From: Pseudobdellovibrionaceae bacterium
GTDB lineage: Bacteria > Bdellovibrionota > Bdellovibrionia > Bdellovibrionales > UBA1609
DNA: 64,000 nt
Direction of reading: 5' to 3'
NCBI GenBank assembly: GCA_018663505.1
Contig: JABJQG010000020.1
Span: 152,152 to 216,151, forward strand
Shown here: positions 56,924 to 64,000 of the stretch, piece after piece
Layout of the letters: every line of letters begins with the position of its first letter
Position numbering within the stretch: position 1 is the first letter of the stretch
The notes under the pieces: model-generated
What the model was told of the DNA's origin: nothing
Database searches by the model: none
The model's input: only the letters and a program-made list of their open reading frames with translations
Translations under genes and position numbers: made by a program

Positions 56924-57922
56924 CTAAACATTCATTTTTATACGCTTAATTTTATTAGGGAGTTCCTTCCTTAGGTGCTCTAACAACATTGGATTATCTC
57001 TTCTTTGGTAGAGCCAGCCAATCATGCAAATATCTCGTGATAAGACCAGATCAGGAAGAATATCTAAATCTTGATTACTTAAATCAAGATGAGTGTTATA
57101 ACCCATTAGAAGCGCGTCCTTTGCTTGAGCCGCAGCCACATCTCCTATGCGTGAAAAATACATTGTGGATGCATTGAGAATAACAGCTAAATCATACATT
57201 TGAAAACCGTACCCACAGTCATCAAAATCGATGGGGTGTATTATCCCCTTGTGCCAAAGCATATTACCAAAATGTAAATCAGCATGAATTACAGAAAGCT
57301 TTTTTGGGTTATCTAGCTCATATTTTTTCAACTTTAAATAAATCTTCTTTCTAATAGGCTCTAAAACTTTATACTCTTTCGGAAACTCTTTTTTTATGGC
57401 AGATAGAGAACCAAATGTTGGATATTCACCAAGTAATCCTTTGGCATCCCAATATTTTCTATGTATTGATGTAATGGTATTTTTTTGAAGTTTGGCGGTT
57501 AACACACCTATATCAAAAAAATTTTGAGGCTGTTTTTTATATTTAATCTGTCCCTCTTGCCAAAGTAGTACATCACAGTAACGACTTTGCCCTACTTCAG
57601 GTATATATACTTTGGTAAGTAGTTCCCCTGAATTAGATATCAAAGGTTTCTGTATTGGAATATCAGTGTTTTTTGACAAAGAGTTTAGCCACCTTAATTC
57701 TTCTAAAATAGCTTTTTTAGTATGGTAATCATGTCGGTGAATACGCAAAAGGTAACTTTGCTTATTTGTAACTATTTTAAAAGTGGCATTTTCTCCATGA
57801 TTTATAAACTTGAGTTCGTATTTTTTGATTGGATAATGCTTTAATACTTCAACAGCCAAACGCCGCAGTCTTCTCACTTGCGACAAATATGTACTTTCTT
57901 TAAAATTTTTTAGTGAATTCAA
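56924..57922 (-). CDS. aminoglycoside/homoserine-kinase-type phosphotransferase (APH family)
   Basis: 332 aa. VIHADLHFGNMLW (catalytic loop) and IDFDDCGYG (metal-binding) are APH/choline-kinase-fold signatures. Confidence 0.65.
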   Translation of the reverse strand: MNSLKNFKESTYLSQVRRLRRLAVEVLKHYPIKKYELKFINHGENATFKIVTNKQSYLLRIHRHDYHTKKAILEELRWLNSLSKNTDIPIQKPLISNSGELLTKVYIPEVGQSRYCDVLLWQEGQIKYKKQPQNFFDIGVLTAKLQKNTITSIHRKYWDAKGLLGEYPTFGSLSAIKKEFPKEYKVLEPIRKKIYLKLKKYELDNPKKLSVIHADLHFGNMLWHKGIIHPIDFDDCGYGFQMYDLAVILNASTMYFSRIGDVAAAQAKDALLMGYNTHLDLSNQDLDILPDLVLSRDICMIGWLYQRRDNPMLLEHLRKELPNKIKRIKMNV

Positions 57923-58131
57923 TAGAATCTCCCTTAATAGTCATTAAATTATTTTGGTGATTCTTATAATGCCGATTAATTAAGGTCAGAATAAGAGATC
58001 ACAATCTGTGTATTTAAATAACTCATAGTGACCTCCCGTTTAGATGTGTCCATAAAAAATGACAGCTGAAGAATAAACTGTCAAGTCTTGTGTTCGTATA
58101 CAATTAAAATTTAAAAAATGTGATAATTTTA

Positions 58132-58326
58132 TCATTTGTTAATCACCGGAAGTATAAACTCCATATGTGGTAGAAATAAATCGGGCTTGATACGAGATTG
58201 AATATCACCAATGCACTAAGTATTATCATACCCCCAAATTGATTTAGACCGTAATGCTAATTCAGTTAAGTACTTTGCCTTGGAAATATGAGCCGACCTT
58301 ATTTTGATCTTACTTATTGTATTCAT
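58132..58326 (-). pseudogene. GNAT acetyltransferase N-terminal remnant
   Basis: Hand-translated. GGAGG then ATG at 58326: MNTISKIKIRSAHISKAKYLTELALRSKSIWGYDNT, stop TAG at 58218-58216, then CIGDIQSRIKPDLFLPHMEFILPVINK and stop. The ..LALRSK..WGY.. pattern recalls a GNAT subfamily N-terminus. No acetyl-CoA-binding half follows. Confidence 0.35.
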
Positions 58327-58452
58327 TCCCGCCCTCCTATTCAGTAAACTATCCCACACAGCTTTAATTTTCAATAATAAATATTCCACTGAGTACTTGA
58401 ATGTTGATCAAGAAAATGAGGTAATTCATAATGTTTTAGGGGGTGTTCAATT

Positions 58453-58962
58453 GTGAATTTAAAAGCTCAACCAATTATAAGAGTAGCAAAACCAGGAGAT
58501 GAGGCAGGAATACATGATGCACATATGCGTTCCATCAGAGAAGTATGTGTTAAGGATCATGGTCCTGAGGAAATCAAGGGCTGGGGCAACCGAGAACTGG
58601 GCGATAGATGGATTGAGCCCATTAAAGAACATCATGTTTGGATTCTTCAAAAAAATGGAGTCATCGAAGGTTATGCTTTTATGCGAATCTATGAAAATGA
58701 AGACAACAAACATAGTCATATCCATGGGCTTTACTTAACTCCCACTGTTCTTGGACAAGGATTTGGTAAAATATTAATGGAAATGATGCTCGAAAAGGCT
58801 AAAATATCAAAAGTTAGCGTCATCCGTCTTTTTTCTTCAATAACCGCACATGAATTCTATAAAAGCTTTGGGTTTATAGACACTGAACCAAAGAAAACTT
58901 TAGAAATAGGTGGTTACCCAGTAACTAGTTATCCCATGAGTCTGGAAACTTCAGATGTCTAA
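58453..58962 (+). CDS. GNAT-family N-acetyltransferase
   Basis: 169 aa from a GTG start. LGQGFGKILMEMMLEKAK is the acetyl-CoA-binding motif A. Confidence 0.75.
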   Translation: MNLKAQPIIRVAKPGDEAGIHDAHMRSIREVCVKDHGPEEIKGWGNRELGDRWIEPIKEHHVWILQKNGVIEGYAFMRIYENEDNKHSHIHGLYLTPTVLGQGFGKILMEMMLEKAKISKVSVIRLFSSITAHEFYKSFGFIDTEPKKTLEIGGYPVTSYPMSLETSDV

Positions 58963-59503
58963 ACTTGATTTATCCCGAGTGAATATTATTGGGTGTAGTG
59001 GTAGTGGAAAGTCTACATTTGCAAAGCGTTTAGCAAAAATTTTGGATTCTAAATTTATTGAAATGGATTCTATTTATTGGGGAAAAAATTGGTCAGAGCC
59101 CACTGATGAAGAACTGTTTGCTAGAATTCAGAGAGTTGTGGATGGCCAAAAATGGGTATTAGATGGTAACTACACGAGAACAAATTCCGTTAAGTGGCCG
59201 AGAACTACAACTGTAGTTTGGATTGACACTCCTTATTTAAAAACAATTTGGCGAGTAACCACGAGAAGCATTAAAAGATTAATTTTTCATCGTGGAGAAC
59301 TATGGGAAGGCACAGATTGTTATGAAAGTTTTAAGCAAACATTTATGTCAAAGAAGTCTGTAATTCTATGGGCTATAAATCAATATGGTCGTTACAACAA
59401 AAGATATGAGGAGCAAATGACAAACCCACCATTTAAACACTTAAAATTCATTCGTCTAAAGAGCCAGAAAGAAATTGAGTTTTTTTTAACTTCCATTGGA
59501 TGA
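58955..59503 (+). CDS. P-loop kinase-like protein (adenylate-kinase / topology-modulation FlaR-like)
   Basis: 182 aa. Walker A IIGCSGSGKSTFAKRLA. Overlaps the GNAT gene by 8 nt. Confidence 0.55.
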   Translation: MSKLDLSRVNIIGCSGSGKSTFAKRLAKILDSKFIEMDSIYWGKNWSEPTDEELFARIQRVVDGQKWVLDGNYTRTNSVKWPRTTTVVWIDTPYLKTIWRVTTRSIKRLIFHRGELWEGTDCYESFKQTFMSKKSVILWAINQYGRYNKRYEEQMTNPPFKHLKFIRLKSQKEIEFFLTSIG

Positions 59504-59537
59504 TCCTGAATACATTGTTAGGCAATGATGTTCTCTG

Positions 59538-59588
59538 GGTGCCAGCTTACTTATGGGACGCAGTGAGTCCCATAAGTAAGCTGGCACC
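59538..59588. repeat. A4: type A hairpin, perfect (22 bp stem, 7 nt loop)
   Basis: GGTGCCAGCTTACTTATGGGAC-GCAGTGA-GTCCCATAAGTAAGCTGGCACC. Complementarity checked base by base. Lies between convergent genes. Confidence 0.92.
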
Positions 59589-59604
59589 TTGGAGTTTTGG
59601 AGTT

Positions 59605-60408
59605 CTAAAGTTCAAAAAAATCTACGCCATAGGAATAGATCGCCTCGTCCTTTGCAGTAGCAGCAATTTTACGGACATCTTCTATGGCTTGAATGAGGAT
59701 CTCTTTCACTTTATGGCTGTCTGATTTCGAAAAAGTTACAACAGATGAATAATGAAGATTTTCAGGCGAAGAAGTAAGGTGGTCTAGCGCTTTCAAACGC
59801 CAATTACGATGATGGCTCACAATTAAAGGGTTCTCATTTGCTAAATGAATTCTGGCTTGGCCAACGTCATAGCTTCCATTTTTTTTAATAATCAAATTAT
59901 TTTTTTCTAAAAAAATAAGACACTCTTTCACTTTAGAAATAGGTGCCGCCAACTTATTAGCGATAGCTTCTGCTGTTGCATACTCTTTAATTGAAGTCAA
60001 AATATGTGTAGCAGCATAAAGCCAGTTACTGTAGTAGATCAATTGAGCTTTTGGGTTTAATTCATAACCTTCTTTGATCCTTTGGCTCAGCACTTGGCTT
60101 TTATTTGTAATTTCCTTAAGTTTATTTTTTAAATATTTTTTGGTATTAGTGGTACCTGCACGCTGTAATAAAACTAAATTAACAAAATAGTCTGTTTCTA
60201 AATCATTAAGTATAAAATACGCACAAACCCCATAGGCTTGGTCAAAACTTAGGTCAGCATTTTTTGCGAGTATTTTAGACAAATAGGCCTGCTGGCATCC
60301 AATTTCATTTGCTAACGCACTTTGTAACCCTCGGCCTTTGTTGGGCTGAGCTAGTATCAAATCTCTTAGGTAATTCACATAGTTAGAATATAAAAATATA
60401 GTTTTCAT
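59605..60408 (-). CDS. putative HTH regulator, TIGR02147/DUF4423-like family
   Basis: 267 aa. The N-terminal Y..YLRDLI......GRGLQSALANEIGCQQAYLSKIL resembles the HTH region of that family. Recognised from memory only. Confidence 0.45.
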   Translation of the reverse strand: MKTIFLYSNYVNYLRDLILAQPNKGRGLQSALANEIGCQQAYLSKILAKNADLSFDQAYGVCAYFILNDLETDYFVNLVLLQRAGTTNTKKYLKNKLKEITNKSQVLSQRIKEGYELNPKAQLIYYSNWLYAATHILTSIKEYATAEAIANKLAAPISKVKECLIFLEKNNLIIKKNGSYDVGQARIHLANENPLIVSHHRNWRLKALDHLTSSPENLHYSSVVTFSKSDSHKVKEILIQAIEDVRKIAATAKDEAIYSYGVDFFEL

Positions 60409-60468
60409 AACTACTATTATAACTATAAGGAATAAATTATATCAATAATTAATTATAATTAATTTGTC

Positions 60469-60488
60469 TGGCAGCTATACATCTGCCA
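60469..60488. promoter_or_regulatory. inverted repeat TGGCAG-N8-CTGCCA in a divergent promoter region
   Basis: Perfect 6 bp arms. Lies between the putative HTH regulator start (60408) and the secreted-protein gene start (60525). Confidence 0.35.
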
Positions 60489-60524
60489 AGAATTACATTA
60501 AATCATTTTAACGAAGGGGAAAAA

Positions 60525-61490
60525 ATGAAAGTTATATTAATAGTATTATTATTATCAAGCGTAAAGAGTTTTGCCGGTGAGAGCAGTGGAGGAGGCAAAG
60601 GTGTACTTTGCTTAGGGGAAAATGGTCAAATCCAGTCCGTAGAAACATTGGATAGCTTTGAAGCTAAAAATCTTTGGGGTTTGGAGTATGCTGAAGATCA
60701 CATCACTTCGCCCATTCAACAAGCTCAAAATGCATTAAATCATTTAACTAAAAACAGGACCACAAGGTTCGGACGTGATAGGGATAATTTTTACACCTTG
60801 AACGATATTTACTCTAACATGAGGTTACTTGGAGGTGGAGCAAGACCTAAACCCATTGAGGATCATGATAGCCCTCTAGGCCCACCAGAGGGGTGTTCTT
60901 TTGTACAAATTGGTTTAGATACACCACAAACTAACTTTATCGTGAGTAAAAAGTTATGGGAGAAGCTTTCAAATACTGAAAAAGCAGTCCTACTCGTTCA
61001 TGAAACTATATATCGAAGATCAAGGTGGAATTACATAAGTTCTTCAAGACGAATTCGCAAAGCAGTGGCACACGGTTTTGCCAGAACAGAACTAAAACCT
61101 ACAGGTGAAGGCATTCCGTCTGACTATTGGTACTGTATTTCTAATAATGATAAGGTTTCTGGCTACCACAGTTTTTATGCCTATAGCAATAATGACGGGT
61201 TTCTTGTGCTACAATTTGAGGCCTTAGCTGGCATGTGGGTTTTTGATAAAACTCAACTCACTGTTCCTTACAAAGTAAAACCTCATGAATTAGATAAATC
61301 AGCATCACCTGCAGGCTTTGGTATTTATAGGTACACCACTAACTCCGTTATTGATGGCACAGAACCCATTTCAATGTTTATAAGTAAAGAAGGTGTACGC
61401 GAAATAGGTATAGCCTCTACTCATTCTGAACTAGAAGGGCATGGTTTCTCTTGTATTTCGAAAGACTTACTAGATGAGGGCCTAGAGTAA
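60525..61490 (+). CDS. secreted hypothetical protein
   Basis: 321 aa. Signal peptide MKVILIVLLLSSVKSFA. No recognised domain. Confidence 0.55.
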   Translation: MKVILIVLLLSSVKSFAGESSGGGKGVLCLGENGQIQSVETLDSFEAKNLWGLEYAEDHITSPIQQAQNALNHLTKNRTTRFGRDRDNFYTLNDIYSNMRLLGGGARPKPIEDHDSPLGPPEGCSFVQIGLDTPQTNFIVSKKLWEKLSNTEKAVLLVHETIYRRSRWNYISSSRRIRKAVAHGFARTELKPTGEGIPSDYWYCISNNDKVSGYHSFYAYSNNDGFLVLQFEALAGMWVFDKTQLTVPYKVKPHELDKSASPAGFGIYRYTTNSVIDGTEPISMFISKEGVREIGIASTHSELEGHGFSCISKDLLDEGLE

Positions 61491-61651
61491 AAATTATTCA
61501 CAGAGGAGTTTTTTTTAAACAGGAACTCCTTTGATCTCTAACTTTATAGTTATTATTCAAACACTAGTTTTTTTCTAAAAAATATGGACTATTAAGGCTA
61601 AGTGTGCACTTACCTACCCTTTGCTTTAATAGCAACGGGACCTGTGCATTT

Positions 61652-62395
61652 TTATATTGGATCTATAATATATACTTCTAGATCCTTTGTTACTATTAAC
61701 CCTTCTGGTTCTATAGAGATTTCAAATGTTTTTCCCTTTACTTTAAATCTAGAATGATCCAGCGTAAAGGGGTACCCAGGGTCATCATGAATCATTAAAT
61801 CTCCGTTAATTTCTTTTGCTAGTGCTTTCATTTCTTTGATGAGCTGTAAATTTATAATACTTTTTTTTTCACTTGAGACTCGAGTGTCCTCTATGAAATC
61901 AAGATATGGCCTTGCTTCAATATATTCACTAACTAATGTCGCTGCTTTTTGACCCAAGTTGTCTGTTAAACCTAAGTTATTTTCAGGATTAGTCCTAAGT
62001 ACTCTTGGTGTATTTGTCTTCAGCTTTAGTTTTCTCATTATTAAATTTAACTGCTCTAAAATATTACCTTCAACTGTAGCAATCTCAAATGTCGTCAACT
62101 TGTTGTACTCACGCCATCCCTTATTTGAAATATATATTTTATGAGTCTCAAAATTTGAAGTGGCAAGATTTAAAATCTTGTACACCCTACCCATAGAACC
62201 CGTACCCAGTATCTGAGGGCTAGGTTGAGATAGTGCTGCAAACGCTCTTATACATTTATTTTTTGATGTACCTGCTAAGCATGTGACTGAAAATGTCAAT
62301 GCTATACATAATTTACAAAAGGAAATCACAAGGGCCTTAACCTCCTTCAATAAATTAGAGTTAATACTGTAGTTTTGCATCATGAGCAATATCAT
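61652..62395 (-). CDS. secreted hypothetical protein with minimal kinase-like motifs
   Basis: 247 aa. Hydrophobic N-terminus. ILGTGSMGRVYKI (Gly-loop-like), LVSEYIEARPY (hinge-like), MIHDDPGYP, terminal VYIIDPI. Weak call. Confidence 0.4.
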   Translation of the reverse strand: MILLMMQNYSINSNLLKEVKALVISFCKLCIALTFSVTCLAGTSKNKCIRAFAALSQPSPQILGTGSMGRVYKILNLATSNFETHKIYISNKGWREYNKLTTFEIATVEGNILEQLNLIMRKLKLKTNTPRVLRTNPENNLGLTDNLGQKAATLVSEYIEARPYLDFIEDTRVSSEKKSIINLQLIKEMKALAKEINGDLMIHDDPGYPFTLDHSRFKVKGKTFEISIEPEGLIVTKDLEVYIIDPI

Positions 62396-62411
62396 GCATT
62401 AAATATGCCAA

Positions 62412-62455
62412 GGTGCCAGCTTACGGGGACGCAGTGAGTCCCGTAAGTGTGTCCA
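62412..62455. repeat. A5: type A hairpin variant, right arm switches to type B-like sequence
   Basis: GGTGCCAGCTTACGGGGAC-GCAGTGA-GTCCCGTAAGTGTGTCC. Pairing is lost beyond about 10 bp. Confidence 0.7.
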
Positions 62456-62472
62456 TTCCTAGCTTGTCTTTT

Positions 62473-62715
62473 TTAGTCTTTTAAGAAAACATTCTCACTT
62501 TTCAATGAATAACCTTTTTCAAGTAACACTTTAATCTGCTTGGCTTTTTCTCTTCCCAAGTACTCAACGCCAAATCCACTGTAAGTTTCAACTGAATCTT
62601 GTTGCACTGTACATTGTACTGTGAATTGCTCATCTGCCTCTTGGATAACACAGACATCGGCTGCAAAAACCGAGGCTGCATATAAAGTAATTATGATTAG
62701 TATTGCTGATTTCAT
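62473..62715 (-). CDS. small secreted hypothetical protein
   Basis: The track ORF runs to 62829 through hairpin A6. The start at 62715 gives MKSAILIIITLYAASVFA, preceded by a purine-rich RBS. Confidence 0.5.
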   Translation of the reverse strand: MKSAILIIITLYAASVFAADVCVIQEADEQFTVQCTVQQDSVETYSGFGVEYLGREKAKQIKVLLEKGYSLKSENVFLKD

Positions 62716-62771
62716 TTTCCCACCCACCTTTTTGATCTGACACAAGTAACATAGTGCAAAAACAAACAAAA

Positions 62772-62854
62772 GGTGCCAGCTCACTTTTGGGACGCAGTGA
62801 GTCCCATAAGTGAGCTGGCACCTAGGCATTTAAGTGAGCTGGCACCTAGGCATT
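62772..62854. repeat. A6: type A hairpin with tandem duplication of the right arm
   Basis: GGTGCCAGCTCACTTTTGGGAC-GCAGTGA-GTCCCA, then the 24 nt unit TAAGTGAGCTGGCACCTAGGCATT twice (62807-62830, 62831-62854). Confidence 0.9.
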
Positions 62855-62949
62855 CGGTACCTAAATGGAGAATGATCTCCGAGGGATTCCGGACGATACC
62901 AGATTATCCACATACCATAAAACATGAGAATAGTAGCTCAGGAGAAAGT

Positions 62950-63390
62950 ATGATAAAAATTATTTTAGTATTATCGCTCGTATTTACAGTCAGTACATCT
63001 TTTGCAGGAGCTATATTTCAAACACAAAACTATGATGGTGTTCAAGTATATGGTGGAGCAACAGAAGATGTGATTATGACTTCATTTAACAAAAACGGAG
63101 TAAATGTTCCTGTAATGATTACTTTAAAAAATAATCATAAAAACCAGCGGGCCATTGACGTTATCAGCAAGGTTGGAGATGAGAATGAAAAGATTGGGAC
63201 TGGTAAATGTGTAATGGCAAAAAAAGCCATAGTATATACATACACTTTAGCTAGTGAAATGAGTGAAGATGGTAGGTCGAGCAAGGTGGTTACCCAAACT
63301 ATTAAACAAATTGAAAATGGTGGCATAATAATTTCAGGTAGTTCAACAAGAACTTGGAGTAATTATGCAAAATTGAAAAAAACCCAATAG
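62950..63390 (+). CDS. small secreted hypothetical protein
   Basis: The track ORF starts at 62773 inside hairpin A6. ATG at 62950 follows GGAG and gives MIKIILVLSLVFTVSTSFA. Confidence 0.5.
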   Translation: MIKIILVLSLVFTVSTSFAGAIFQTQNYDGVQVYGGATEDVIMTSFNKNGVNVPVMITLKNNHKNQRAIDVISKVGDENEKIGTGKCVMAKKAIVYTYTLASEMSEDGRSSKVVTQTIKQIENGGIIISGSSTRTWSNYAKLKKTQ

Positions 63391-63641
63391 AACTTCATTA
63401 TAATTAATATTTTTAAAATATTATATTGCTCATTAAACTTATTCAAATTCTTCTATTTGAGCTTAAACTATATACCCAAATATTTAGGCCGATTTTAGGT
63501 GTTAAAGATCGTTTTCAGAAGATCTATAAAGTACTGATATTAAGGGACTAAACCACCTGCAAATAAATTGAGTTTAAAGGCACCTCCTAACAACAGGTCC
63601 CTTTCAATTCCTAGTAATATATAATATAAATATATAGAAAA

Positions 63642-63692
63642 GGTGCCAGCTCACTTATGAGACGCAGTGAGTCCCATAAGTGAGCTGGCACC
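63642..63692. repeat. A7: type A hairpin, one mismatch
   Basis: GGTGCCAGCTCACTTATGAGAC-GCAGTGA-GTCCCATAAGTGAGCTGGCACC. Confidence 0.9.
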
Positions 63693-63715
63693 TTGAGTAA
63701 CCACTGGGAGGCGGG

Positions 63716-64000
63716 ATGAGAACTTTAATTTCAATTGTATTAGTATTAGTATTTTTTAATTTGAGTGCTAGGGTTGTTTGGCCCAGTGATGATACGAAAA
63801 TTCCACCACGACTTAAACAGCTTGTGGAAATTGAATTGACTAAAAACTGTCCGCGACTTATTTTAAATAACGATGTGGAGCTCTTTCATTTTTCTAAAAA
63901 AAAATATGATGATGATGTGATCTATTTTTTTAGCTTTCGGAACTTTCAGGAAGACTATCATATTCTTGTAGAAGGACAAACCACAGGTCAACTTTCGCCT
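63716..64000 (+). CDS. secreted hypothetical protein, 3'-truncated by the window edge
   Basis: Hand-translated. GGGAGG then ATG at 63716: MRTLISIVLVLVFFNLSARVVWPSDD.. The frame stays open to position 64000. Confidence 0.45.
   Translation, partial: MRTLISIVLVLVFFNLSARVVWPSDDTKIPPRLKQLVEIELTKNCPRLILNNDVELFHFSKKKYDDDVIYFFSFRNFQEDYHILVEGQTTGQLSP

Noticed and set aside
59500-59724. 74-aa ORF (MILNTLLGNDVLWVPAYLWDAVSPISKLAPWSF..) in the ORF track
   Set aside because: The ORF reads straight through hairpin A4. The same WDAVSPIS.LAP peptide appears wherever a type A hairpin is translated, on either strand (62630..62821 and the 5' part of 62773..63390). It is a translation artefact of the palindrome, and it also overlaps the 3' end of the convergent 59605..60408 gene.
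62630-62829. N-terminal extensions and the ORF overlapping hairpin A6 (62630..62821 minus; the 5' parts of 62473..62829 and 62773..63390)
   Set aside because: These are repeat-derived sequence. Both real genes have internal ATG starts with an RBS and clean signal peptides, at 62715 (-) and 62950 (+).
53837-63692. Type A hairpins as a CRISPR array
   Set aside because: Spacing between copies is 0.4-2.9 kb and irregular, with full-length genes between them. The copies are individually palindromic rather than direct repeats with short unique spacers. There are no cas genes.
53837-63692. Hairpins as integron attC sites delimiting gene cassettes
   Set aside because: I see no RYYYAAC/GTTRRRY core sites at the hairpin ends and no intI gene. 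The genes between hairpins are in mixed orientation and have their own upstream regions.
1-64000. rRNA, tRNA, tmRNA, transposase, integrase, phage or restriction-modification genes
   Set aside because: None were recognisable in any frame or intergenic region by eye. Their absence is noted, but a proper tRNAscan/Infernal/HMM run is needed to be certain.

Overview
Visibly AT-rich bacterial chromosomal window with about 62 credible protein genes. I found no rRNA, tRNA, CRISPR array, transposase or integrase.

**Core-like region (1 to ~41.7 kb).** It holds an ExbB/ExbD pair followed by an FHA + TonB-C fusion protein, CoaBC, and PckA. It also holds an aa3-type cytochrome c oxidase cluster: subunits II, I, III, IV, a second III-like subunit, a TlpA-like thiol oxidoreductase and DUF420. 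Nearby are c-type cytochromes and heme O synthase. Further on are an S8/PA-domain protease and a 6 kb two-component/phosphorelay cluster with two HisKA_2-type kinases.

**Accessory region (~41.8 kb to the window end).** Nearly every gene here is a short orphan with an N-terminal signal peptide. They include three BspA-type leucine-rich-repeat paralogs (one carries an in-frame stop), an ankyrin-repeat protein, a BNR-repeat protein, kinase-like proteins and small-molecule-modifying enzymes.

**Main finding: repeats in the accessory intergenic DNA.**
- A family of ~51-57 nt near-perfect hairpins: type A with 7 copies and type B with 2 copies. The two types differ by compensatory changes in both arms.
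- A 16 bp palindrome (TGGGCAA-NN-TTGCCCA) in a fixed orientation 70-128 nt upstream of five secreted-protein genes. I read this as a candidate operator of an undescribed regulon.
- Several shorter shared modules flanking the LRR genes.

**Other items of note.**
- A divergent pair of signal-peptide-bearing proteins: a SpoT-type HD (p)ppGpp-hydrolase-like protein and a Ser/Thr-kinase-like protein.
- An ICMT-type methyltransferase fused to an unknown domain.
- A possible structured RNA downstream of coaBC.

Gene content and composition suggest a Bdellovibrio-like predatory bacterium (Halobacteriovorax/Bacteriovorax type). That is inference only. All family calls come from motif recognition by eye, and no database search was run.
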